Below are positions 1 to 9,406 of a stretch of DNA of 64,000 nucleotides, one piece after another. The stretch lies in assembly GCA_963785725.1 (NCBI GenBank), contig CAWAWS010000039.1:608001-672000 (forward strand), written 5' to 3'. Numbering within the stretch: the stretch's first letter is position 1; every line of letters begins with the position of its first letter. Made by a program: the position numbers and the translations under genes. Origin of the DNA: an uncultured delta proteobacterium. GTDB lineage: Bacteria > Myxococcota_A > Polyangia > Palsa-1104. Under the pieces are notes generated by a model. That model was not told the origin of the DNA. It made no database searches and worked only from the letters and a program-made list of their open reading frames with translations.

Positions 1-164
1 TGGCAGTCGAGGCGACCGTAGTCGCTCGCGGCGGCCAAGTCGATCGGGCCGCCGCCCGCGACGGAGAGGTCGAGCCCGCCGTCTTGCTTGTCGCCACCTC
101 GGTTGTCGCCGCAGCCGGTGAGCATCACGAACGAGAGCGCGACGAACGGCAGCGCGAGCTTCAT
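1..164 (-). CDS. Lipoprotein, 5' part only (runs off the window edge)
   Basis: Manual translation from ATG at 164 gives MKLALPFVALSFVMLTGCGDNRGG..., a signal peptide with lipobox LTG-C; the frame is open to position 1. Confidence 0.6.
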   Translation of the reverse strand, partial: MKLALPFVALSFVMLTGCGDNRGGDKQDGGLDLSVAGGGPIDLAAASDYGRLDC

Positions 165-295
165 CGCCCGACTCTACTGCTCAGGGCGAAACGGTGCTGC
201 GCGGCGGATCACGCATCGTCATACGGCCGTTCCAATGTGGCTCGGCGGCGCCAGCTCGGTCGCTCGAAGCATCAGCCGCGAGGTCGCCCGACTGA

Positions 296-388
296 GCGTT
301 CCGGCGCCGGACACGGCCCTGACGCATCCGACGAAGCCATCGCGACCCAAGCCGACGACAAATGCGCGAGTGTCCGCTTGTGGGACGC
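296..388. promoter_or_regulatory. Two related 19-bp dyads, putative enhancer sites for the sigma-54 activator
   Basis: GCGTTCCGGCGCCGGACAC (296-314) resembles the reverse complement of GTGTCCGCTTGTGGGACGC (370-388). Both lie 70-165 bp upstream of a -24/-12 motif. Confidence 0.45.
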
Positions 389-459
389 GCGATTCTCGAA
401 AGCGGGCAGCGCGCTCGACACCTGCCGTGTAATTCCGCCCACTTGACCTACCGTGCCCC

Positions 460-475
460 TGGCACGGCGCTCGCT
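460..475 (+). promoter_or_regulatory. Sigma-54 (-24/-12) promoter
   Basis: TGGCACGGCGCTCGCT matches TGGCAC-N5-TTGC with one mismatch, and the downstream operon encodes an NtrC-type activator. Confidence 0.6.
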
Positions 476-487
476 GTAGGGGACGGC

Positions 488-2023
488 GTGCATTCGTCCC
501 TTCCGCCGGCGCTCGCCTGCGCCACCGCCGCGCTCGCCGTGGCATTTGCCGTCGCGCCCGCCGCCGTCGCCGCCGCCGAGCCGTCGCGCCCGCTGCCGCT
601 CGGCGCCGCCATCGGCGAAGCCGTGCGCAACAGCCCGGCGCTCGGCATGTCCATCGCCGACTACCGCTCGGCCGAAGGCGCCGTGCTCGCCGCCAAAGGG
701 CTCGACGATCCCATCCTCGACGGCACCGGCCTCTTCACCGAGACGCACCAAGTCGCGTCCAGCCCGGTGCAGCCCGGCACCGTCGACGACCTGCAGCTCG
801 CGGTCGCGCTCACGCAGCCGCTGCCGACGGGCGGCCGCATCGGCCTCAAGCTCGGCAACGAGTACACGCGCGAGGCGCTCACCGGCACGCCGACGGTCGG
901 CCTCGGCAGCACGCTGACGGCGGCCTCGGCGGTGGGTACGCCGCTGACGCTGTGGCAGCCGACACTGCAGCTGACGTTCACCCATTCGCTCCTGCGCGGC
1001 TTCGGCGTCGACGTCGCGCGCGCGCCGCAGCACAAGGCGCGCGTCCTGCTCGAGGCCGCCGGCAGCGTGCGCGGGGCGACGGCGGCGGCGCTCCTGCGCG
1101 ACGTCATCGCCGGCTATTGGGAGCTCTATTTCGCGCAGCATCAGCTGGTCGTGCGCCGCGTGCTGGCCGACGCCGCGCGCGAGCAGCTGCGCGTCGTGCT
1201 CGCCAACATCGACGTCGGGAAGCAGCAGCCGAGCGCCAGCGCCGAAGTCGAAGTGGCCATCGCCGCGCGTGACACCGATGCGCTCGCCGCCGAGCAGGAA
1301 TTGCTCGAGCGCGCCGTGGAGTTGGCGCGCCTCATGGGTCACGAGATCGACGCCGCCGCCGCTCAGTTGCGGGCCGCGGATGAGCCGCCGCGCGCCGCGC
1401 GCGTGCCACGGCTCGACGGCGTGCTGCAGGTCGCGCTCACCGGCAACCTCGACCTCCTGACCGCGCGCGCCAACTTGCGGGCGACGCGCGTCGACGCCGA
1501 GGTCGCGTCCAACGCGCGGCTGCCGCTGCTCGACGTCGGCGCCGGCGGCGGACCGGCCGGCATCTCCAGCAACTTGGGGCGCGCCTGGTCGATGCTCGGC
1601 CACTTCGGCGGCTACAGCGTGCAAGGCTCGCTCACGTTCCAACAGCCGACGCTCAATCGCGCCGCCCGCGGCAACTACGTCTCGGCGCGCGCCGCCGTGG
1701 GCAAGGCCGATCTCGACGAGACGTTGGTGCGCCAGCAGGTTCAGGCCAACGCCGTGCGGCTCGTCGCGGCCGCCGACAATGCGGCCCGTCGCCTGACGAT
1801 CCTGGCGCCGTCGATCGACTCGGCCAACCGCGATTTGGAGGCCGAGCGCGCGCGCTTCGCCGTCGGCCGTTCGACCAACTTCGACGTGCTGCGCCGCCAA
1901 GACGAAGTGGCCGACGTGCAGCTGCGCCAGCTGCGCGCCCGCGTCGACTACGAGCAGGCCATCGCCGCCGTTGACGCGCTGACGGGCGAAATTTTGCCGC
2001 GCATGGGAGTGAAGCTGCGATGA
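488..2023 (+). CDS. TolC-family outer membrane efflux protein
   Basis: Signal peptide, helical OEP-like repeats and C-terminal ERARFAVGRSTNFDVL motif; first gene of the exporter operon. Start GTG 488 is inferred. Confidence 0.85.
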   Translation: MHSSLPPALACATAALAVAFAVAPAAVAAAEPSRPLPLGAAIGEAVRNSPALGMSIADYRSAEGAVLAAKGLDDPILDGTGLFTETHQVASSPVQPGTVDDLQLAVALTQPLPTGGRIGLKLGNEYTREALTGTPTVGLGSTLTAASAVGTPLTLWQPTLQLTFTHSLLRGFGVDVARAPQHKARVLLEAAGSVRGATAAALLRDVIAGYWELYFAQHQLVVRRVLADAAREQLRVVLANIDVGKQQPSASAEVEVAIAARDTDALAAEQELLERAVELARLMGHEIDAAAAQLRAADEPPRAARVPRLDGVLQVALTGNLDLLTARANLRATRVDAEVASNARLPLLDVGAGGGPAGISSNLGRAWSMLGHFGGYSVQGSLTFQQPTLNRAARGNYVSARAAVGKADLDETLVRQQVQANAVRLVAAADNAARRLTILAPSIDSANRDLEAERARFAVGRSTNFDVLRRQDEVADVQLRQLRARVDYEQAIAAVDALTGEILPRMGVKLR

Positions 2024-3294
2024 GGGCCGCATTCGATCGACCGAGCAACATGGATCTGCCGCGCAAGCCTCGCCGGACGGGGCGGCGCATCGGCGTCGGC
2101 GCGGCGCTCGGTGTCGTCGCCGTCGTCGGTGTGACGTTGGCGCTGCATCAGCTGCGGGCGGCGGCGCCGATCGTCGAGCGCGCCGCCGTGCTCGTCGATC
2201 GCGTCGAGCGCGGCCCGATGCTGCGCGCCGTGCAAGGCGCCGGCTCGCTCGTGCCCGAGGACATTCGCTGGCTGTCGGCGACGTCGGGCGGTCGCGTCGA
2301 GCGCATTCGCGTGCGGCCCGGCGTCTCGGTCACCGCCGATACCATCCTCGTCGACATCGCCAATCCCGACGTCGAGCTGGCGGCGCTCGAGGCCGAGCGG
2401 CAAGTGGCCGGCGCCGGCGCCGAGCTGGCCAACCTGCGCGCCAAGAGCGACAACGATCGGCTCGGCCAGCAAGCCGTCGTCGCCGGCACGCGCTCCGATC
2501 TCGACGAGGCCACGCGTCGCGCCGACGCCGACGGCGCCTTGGCCAAGCGCGGCTTTCTGTCGGAGCTGGAGATGGCCAAGTCGCGCGATCAGGCGCAGAC
2601 GCTGGGCGGCAAGCTCGACATCGAGCGGCAGCGCTTGTCGGCGCAAGCGCGCGGCATTCGGGCGCAGATCGACGCGCAGGACGCGCAGCTCGGCCGGCTG
2701 CGCGCCATCGCCGATTTCCGCCGCCGCGCCGTCGAGCAGCTGCACGTGCGCGCCGGCGTCGACGGCGTCTTGCAGGAGCTGCCGCTGCAGGTCGGGCAGG
2801 TCGTGGCGCCGGGCGCGCTGCTCGCCAAAGTGGCCGATCCGACGCGCCTCAAAGCCGAAGTGCGCATCGCCGAGACGCAGGCCAAGGAGATTCGCGTCGG
2901 GCAGGCGGCGGTCATCGACACGCGCAACGGCACCGTCGCCGGTCGGGTGTCGCGCGTCGAGCCCGCGGTTACGGCCGGCACGGTCAAGGTCGAAGTGACC
3001 CCGACGGCGGCGTGGCCCGACGGCGCGCGGCCCGACTTGACGATCGAAGGCACCATCGAGCTCGAGCGCATCGCCGACACGCTGTTCGTCGGTCGCCCGG
3101 CCGTCGCCGACACGAACGCCACCGTGCAGCTGTGGAAGCTCGTCGGCGACGACGCGGCCGTCCGCGTGCCGGTGACGCTCGGCCGCATGTCGGTGCGCAC
3201 GATCGAGGTTCAAAAAGGGCTCGCGGCCGGCGATCGCATCATCATTTCCGATATGTCGCAGTGGGATAACCAGACGCGCGTGCAGCTGCGTTGA
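2020..3294 (+). CDS. Efflux periplasmic adaptor (HlyD/MacA-like)
   Basis: N-terminal TM segment, lipoyl-like halves (GGRVERIRVRPG; VRAGVDGVL), a coiled coil, and C-terminal GLAAGDRIIISD. Confidence 0.88.
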   Translation: MRAAFDRPSNMDLPRKPRRTGRRIGVGAALGVVAVVGVTLALHQLRAAAPIVERAAVLVDRVERGPMLRAVQGAGSLVPEDIRWLSATSGGRVERIRVRPGVSVTADTILVDIANPDVELAALEAERQVAGAGAELANLRAKSDNDRLGQQAVVAGTRSDLDEATRRADADGALAKRGFLSELEMAKSRDQAQTLGGKLDIERQRLSAQARGIRAQIDAQDAQLGRLRAIADFRRRAVEQLHVRAGVDGVLQELPLQVGQVVAPGALLAKVADPTRLKAEVRIAETQAKEIRVGQAAVIDTRNGTVAGRVSRVEPAVTAGTVKVEVTPTAAWPDGARPDLTIEGTIELERIADTLFVGRPAVADTNATVQLWKLVGDDAAVRVPVTLGRMSVRTIEVQKGLAAGDRIIISDMSQWDNQTRVQLR

Positions 3295-3323
3295 TTACGG
3301 GCCGATCACTAGTTGGAGAGAAC

Positions 3324-4016
<693 letters not shown>

Positions 4017-4030
4017 CGAAGGAGCCGACG

Positions 4031-6472
4031 ATGGGCACGCTCTTGCAAGACTTGCGTTATGGCGCGCGGGCGCTGTGGAACAACCCGGGCTTCACGCTCG
4101 TGGCGCTCTTGGCGCTGGCGCTCGGCATCGGCGCGACGACCGCGATTTATACGGTCGTCGACGGCGTGCTGTTGCGGCCGCTGCCGTTTCCCGAGCCCGA
4201 CCAGCTCGTCGACGTCAACTCGGTGCTGCGTGACGAGACGTCGCCGGGCTCGTCGTCGTCGTTCCTCGACGCGCAAGACTACGCGACGCGCAATCGCACG
4301 CTGAGCGGCCTGGCCATCTGGACGCGCGGGCAGATCGTCCTCACCGGCGGCGCCATGCCACAGCAAGTGCAGGCGGTCGAGTCGTCGCCCAACCTGTTCA
4401 GCGTCTTGGGCATCAATCCGGCGCTCGGGCGCAGCTTCGCCGCCGACGAGGCCAAGGCCGGCAGCCACGTCGTCATCTTGTCGTACAACGTCTGGCAGCG
4501 GCGCTTCAACGGCGCGCCCGACATCGTCGGCAAGAGCATCGGCCTCGACGGCGAGCCCCACGTCGTCGTCGGCGTGGCGCCGCGCGGCTTTGCCTTCCCG
4601 CTCGACTCGACGACCGACGAGCCCGAGGTCTACCTGCCGTTTCCGCGCACGCAGCCCGAGGTCGACAGCGCCAAGTCGCGCGGCTCGCACTTTCTGACGA
4701 TCGTCGCGCGCATGAAGCCGGGCGTCAGCGTCGCGCAGTGCGCCGCCGACCTGCGCACCGTCGTCGCCGGCATGCACCGCGACCATCCCGGCGAAGACGA
4801 GGACAAGTACCTGTCGGTCAAGCTGCAGTCGCTGCACGGCTCGCTGGTGGAGACGACGCGGGCGCCGCTCATCATGCTGCTGTTGGCCGTCGCCTGCGTG
4901 CTGCTCATCGCCTGCGCCAACGTCGCCGGCCTGCTCTTGGCGCGCGCGACGGTGCGGCAGCGCGAGATCGCCATTCGCACGGCGCTCGGCGCCGGCCGCG
5001 CGCGCATCGTCCGCCAGATGCTCACCGAGAGCGCGCTGCTCGGCCTCATCGGCGGCGGCGCCGGCGTTCTCTTGGCGATGTGGCTCGTCGATCTGCTGGT
5101 GGCGATGGTGGCGACCGGCCTGCCCGCCGTGCACGACCTCGCCATCGACGGGCGCGTGCTCGGCGTGACCTTCGCGCTCTCGATCGCGACCGGCCTGGCG
5201 TTCGGGCTCGTGCCGGCGCTGCACGCGTCGCGCTCCGACTTGAACGACGCACTCAAAGAGACGGCGCGCTCGAGCGCGCACACGCGCAGCCGCCGCGCGC
5301 GCAACGCGCTGCTCATGGGCGAGATCGCGGTGGCGCTGGTGCTGCTCGTCGGCGCCGGCATGACGCTGCGCAGCTTCGCCAAGCTGCAGCAGGTCGATCC
5401 CGGCTTTCGCATCGAGGACGAAGTGGTGGCGCAGCTGCATCTGCCCGACGGTCGCTACGGCAAGGACGAAGAGGCCGACGCCTACTATCGCAAGCTCACG
5501 CAAGCGGTCAAAGGGCTGCCGGGCACGGAGTCGGTGGCCATCGGCGCGCCCATTCCCTTTACGCACACCAACTGGTCGACGACGGTCAACGTCACCGGGC
5601 AGCCGGTCTCGCCCAAGCTGACGGACTCGATCATGTCGTCGGTGAGCCCGGAGTACTTCACGGCGCTGGGAATTCCGCTGCACTCGGGCCGCTTCTTCGA
5701 CGCCAACGACGACCATCCGAAGTCGGCGCCGGTGATCATCATCTCGCAGCTGTTCGCCGACAAGCTGTTCGGCAGCGCCGAGGGCGCCATCGGCAAGCAC
5801 GTCAACATCGGGCTCGGCGACGGGCCGCAAGGCACGTCGCTCGAGATCGTCGGCGTCGTCGGCGACGTGCGCACGCGCTCGCTGGAGAAGCCGGTGGCGG
5901 CGACGATGTACGTCGCGCTCGGGCGCTGGCCCATCGGCTTCATCGGCGTGGTGGCGCATACGAAGACGCCCAAAGTGGTGATGCCGCTCTTGCGTCAGGC
6001 GATGTTGACGGTCGACAAGGACCTGCCGCCGCCGCAGCTGACGACGATGGCGGAGCTGACGGCGACCTCCTTGCAGCGTCAGAAGATGCTCATGGTGCTG
6101 CTCGGCCTCTTCGCGGCGCTGGCGCTGGCGTTGGCGTCGATCGGCATCTACGGCGTCATGTCGTACACGGTGACGCAGCGAACGCGCGAGATCGGCATTC
6201 GCGTCGCGCTCGGCGCCGGCACCAACGACGTGATGCGCATGGTGCTCGGCGAGAGCTTGCGGCTGTCGCTGGTCGCCATCGCCATCGGGCTCGGCGTGGC
6301 GCTGGCGCTCGGTCGCGTCGTGCGTAGCCTCTTGTACGGCGTCTCGAGCAGCGATCCGTTGACGCTGATTCCGGTGACGCTGGTGATCCTCGGCGTGTGC
6401 CTCGTGGCCAGCTTCCTGCCGGCGCGGCGTGCGACGAAGGTCGATCCGATGGTCGCCTTGCGCTACGAATAG
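4031..6472 (+). CDS. Duplicated MacB/FtsX-type ABC permease (ADOP-like)
   Basis: Starts MGTLLQDLRYGARAL, has two REIAIR/REIGIR-ALGA motifs and ends ARRATKVDPMVALRYE. Confidence 0.92.
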   Translation: MGTLLQDLRYGARALWNNPGFTLVALLALALGIGATTAIYTVVDGVLLRPLPFPEPDQLVDVNSVLRDETSPGSSSSFLDAQDYATRNRTLSGLAIWTRGQIVLTGGAMPQQVQAVESSPNLFSVLGINPALGRSFAADEAKAGSHVVILSYNVWQRRFNGAPDIVGKSIGLDGEPHVVVGVAPRGFAFPLDSTTDEPEVYLPFPRTQPEVDSAKSRGSHFLTIVARMKPGVSVAQCAADLRTVVAGMHRDHPGEDEDKYLSVKLQSLHGSLVETTRAPLIMLLLAVACVLLIACANVAGLLLARATVRQREIAIRTALGAGRARIVRQMLTESALLGLIGGGAGVLLAMWLVDLLVAMVATGLPAVHDLAIDGRVLGVTFALSIATGLAFGLVPALHASRSDLNDALKETARSSAHTRSRRARNALLMGEIAVALVLLVGAGMTLRSFAKLQQVDPGFRIEDEVVAQLHLPDGRYGKDEEADAYYRKLTQAVKGLPGTESVAIGAPIPFTHTNWSTTVNVTGQPVSPKLTDSIMSSVSPEYFTALGIPLHSGRFFDANDDHPKSAPVIIISQLFADKLFGSAEGAIGKHVNIGLGDGPQGTSLEIVGVVGDVRTRSLEKPVAATMYVALGRWPIGFIGVVAHTKTPKVVMPLLRQAMLTVDKDLPPPQLTTMAELTATSLQRQKMLMVLLGLFAALALALASIGIYGVMSYTVTQRTREIGIRVALGAGTNDVMRMVLGESLRLSLVAIAIGLGVALALGRVVRSLLYGVSSSDPLTLIPVTLVILGVCLVASFLPARRATKVDPMVALRYE

Positions 6473-6478
6473 AGGGTC

Positions 6479-7861
6479 ATGTCGCCAGCCCGCCGCCCGC
6501 GCCTGCTCATCGCCGACGATCAGCCCGACGTCATCGAAGCGCTGCGCCTGCTGCTCAAAGGAGCCGGCTACGACGTCGTCAGCGCCGGCTCGCCCGCCGG
6601 CGTCTTGCGCGCGGTCGCCGAGGAGGAGAACCTCGACGCCGCCTTGATCGATCTCAACTACACGCGCGACACGACGTCGGGCAAAGAGGGGCTCGATCTC
6701 CTCGACGAGCTCAAGCGCGCCGACGCGACCTTGCCCATCGTCGTCATGACGGCGTGGGGATCGGTCGAAGGCGCCGTCGACGCCATGCGCCGCGGCGCGC
6801 GCGATTATCTGGCCAAGCCGTGGGACAATCCGCGTCTGTTGGCGACGGTGCGCACGCAGGTCGAGCTCGGTCAGGCCTTGCGCGCGCGGGGTCGGCTCGA
6901 GGACGAGAACGCGCGCCTGAAGCGCCAGCAGCTGCCGTCGCTGATCGCCGAGTCGCGGGCGATGCAGCCGGTGCTGCGCATCTTGGAGCGCGTGGCCGCG
7001 TCCGACGCCAACGTGCTCATCACCGGCGAGCACGGCACCGGCAAAGAGGTGGCCGCGCGCTGGCTGCACGCAGCCTCCAAGCGCGCCGAGCAGCCCTTCG
7101 TCGCCATCAACTGCGGCGGCGTGTCCGAAGGCGTCTTCGAGTCCGAGCTGTTCGGCCACGTGCGCGGCGCCTTCACCGACGCGCGCTCGGATCGCCTGGG
7201 CAGCTTCGAAGCCGCCGACGGCGGCACGCTCTTCCTCGACGAGATCGGCAACATGCCGATGGCGCAGCAAGCGCGCCTCCTGCGCGTCCTGCAAACCGGC
7301 GAGTTCACGCCCGTCGGCTCGTCCAAGCTGCGCCGCGCCGACGTGCGCGTCGTGTCGGCGACCAACGTCGACATCGGCACCGAGATCGCCGCCGGCCGCT
7401 TCCGCGAGGACCTGCTCTATCGGCTCAACACCGTCGAAGTGCAGCTGCCGCCGTTGCGCGAGCGGCGCGAAGACGTGCCGCGGCTGGCGCTGCATATTCT
7501 GGCGCGCCAGGCGACGCGTTACCGCAAGCCCGTCGTCGAGCTGGCGCCCGATGCGATGGAGGCGCTCATCAACCACGGCTGGCCCGGCAACGTGCGCGAG
7601 CTCGAGCACGTCGTCGAGCGCGCGGTGCTGCTGGCGGCGGGAACGCGCGTCGAGCTGGACGATCTGGCGCTGAAGCCGCCCTCGCCGTCGCGGACGCCGC
7701 AGCTCGAGGACATGAAGCTCGACGAAGTGGAGCGCTATCTCATCACGAAGGCACTCAAGCGCGCCGGCGACAACGTCAGCGTGGCCGCGGCCGAGCTCGG
7801 CCTGTCGCGCTCGGCGCTCTATCGCCGGCTGGCGGCTTACGGCATTCGGGGCCACGAGTGA
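6479..7861 (+). CDS. Sigma-54-dependent response regulator (NtrC family)
   Basis: REC domain, GEHGTGKE, ESELFGHVRGAFTDA, WPGNVRELEH and a Fis-type HTH. Confidence 0.95.
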   Translation: MSPARRPRLLIADDQPDVIEALRLLLKGAGYDVVSAGSPAGVLRAVAEEENLDAALIDLNYTRDTTSGKEGLDLLDELKRADATLPIVVMTAWGSVEGAVDAMRRGARDYLAKPWDNPRLLATVRTQVELGQALRARGRLEDENARLKRQQLPSLIAESRAMQPVLRILERVAASDANVLITGEHGTGKEVAARWLHAASKRAEQPFVAINCGGVSEGVFESELFGHVRGAFTDARSDRLGSFEAADGGTLFLDEIGNMPMAQQARLLRVLQTGEFTPVGSSKLRRADVRVVSATNVDIGTEIAAGRFREDLLYRLNTVEVQLPPLRERREDVPRLALHILARQATRYRKPVVELAPDAMEALINHGWPGNVRELEHVVERAVLLAAGTRVELDDLALKPPSPSRTPQLEDMKLDEVERYLITKALKRAGDNVSVAAAELGLSRSALYRRLAAYGIRGHE

Positions 7862-7888
7862 GCTCGCCCGGGCGAGCGCGGTCGCCCG

Positions 7889-9217
7889 GTGAGTAGGCGG
7901 CCGCGCGCGCGACTGACTTACGAGGCGCGGCTGGCGCTCTTGGCGTTGGCGGCGGGCCTGCCGGCGGTCGTGGTCGCGCTCTGGCTGTTGTGGCTGGAGC
8001 CGCACTCGGCGAAGGTGCAGATCACGCTGACGGTCATCATCGTGGGCGCGTGGGCGACGGCCGGGCTGCGCCTGCACGAAGCCGTCACCCAGCCGCTGCA
8101 GACGATCGCCAACCTCTTGGCCGCGCTGCGCGAAGGCGATTATTCGATCCGCGGTCGTCTCGGTCGCCCCGATGACGCGCTCGGTGAGGCGATGGCCGAG
8201 GTCAACGCGCTCGGCGATCGGCTGCGCGCGCTGAAGGTGGGCGCGCTCGAGGCGGCGGCGCTGCTCGATCGCGTGCTCGCCGAGGTCGACGTCGCCATCT
8301 TTGCCGTCGACGAAAGCGGAAAAGTGGCGCTGGCCAATCGCGCGGCCGAGCGGCTCGTCGGCGGCACGGCGTCACGCGGCGCGCGCGTCGTCGACCTCGG
8401 CTTGGGCGCGCTCGTCGAAGGCGCGACGCCGCGCATCGTCGAAGGCCCGCTCGCCGGCGTGCGCGGCCAGTGGGAGTTGCGCCGCACGACCTTTCGCCTC
8501 GACGGCAAGAGCCACGAGCTCGTCGTCGTCACCGACATGCAGCGGGCGCTGCGTGAAGAGGAGCGGCAGGCCTGGCAGCGCCTCGTGCGCGTGCTCGGTC
8601 ACGAGATCAACAACTCGCTGGCGCCGATTCAGTCGATCGCAAACTCGCTGCGGACGGCCGTGTCGTCGCCGCAGCGTCAGCCGGACGTCGACGAAGATCT
8701 GCGGCGTGGCCTCGAGATCATCGAGCGGCGCGCCGAGTCGCTCGGTCGCTTCATGCGCTCGTACGCGCAGCTGACTCGCCTGCCGCCGCCGCAGCTGGCA
8801 CCGGTCGAGATCGAGCCCTGGGTGCGGCGGGTGGCCGAGCTCGAGAAGCGGCTGCCGGTGCGCGTGGCCGGCGGCGAGGCGCTGACGATTCACGCCGACG
8901 CCGATCAGCTCGATCAGCTGCTCATCAACCTCGTGAAGAACAGCGCCGACGCGGTGTTGGAGGCCGGCGGTCAGCTCGTCGAGATCTCCTGGCAGCGCCG
9001 CGCCGATCGCCTCGAATTGCAAGTGCGCGACGACGGCTCCGGCCTGGCGGCGACCGCGAACCTGTTCGTGCCCTTCTTCACGACGAAGCCGGGCGGCCTC
9101 GGCATCGGCCTCGCGCTCAGCCGGCAAATCGCCGAGGCGCACGGCGGCACGCTGCACCTGTACAACCGCGTCGAGACGCGCGGCTGCGAGGCGCTGTTGA
9201 CGCTGTCGGCGCTCTGA
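7889..9217 (+). CDS. Sensor histidine kinase (NtrY-like)
   Basis: Two TM segments, HAMP/PAS-like region, HEINNSL H-box and FFTTKPGGLGIGL. Confidence 0.92.
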   Translation: MSRRPRARLTYEARLALLALAAGLPAVVVALWLLWLEPHSAKVQITLTVIIVGAWATAGLRLHEAVTQPLQTIANLLAALREGDYSIRGRLGRPDDALGEAMAEVNALGDRLRALKVGALEAAALLDRVLAEVDVAIFAVDESGKVALANRAAERLVGGTASRGARVVDLGLGALVEGATPRIVEGPLAGVRGQWELRRTTFRLDGKSHELVVVTDMQRALREEERQAWQRLVRVLGHEINNSLAPIQSIANSLRTAVSSPQRQPDVDEDLRRGLEIIERRAESLGRFMRSYAQLTRLPPPQLAPVEIEPWVRRVAELEKRLPVRVAGGEALTIHADADQLDQLLINLVKNSADAVLEAGGQLVEISWQRRADRLELQVRDDGSGLAATANLFVPFFTTKPGGLGIGLALSRQIAEAHGGTLHLYNRVETRGCEALLTLSAL

Positions 9218-9406
9218 GGCGCGCATGACCGCCCGGCGGCGGCGGCTTCCGCCGCGTCTTTGACGCCGCCACCGCCCGCTCGTCGCTGCGACCGGTCGGA
9301 CACCGACGCCGATCGCGCGCCGCCGGTTGCCTGCGCGGCCGCGAAAGTTACGGCTTTGTAAAGCTCGCACGCAGACGCTGACCAGATCCGCAATCTCAGG
9401 CATGAT

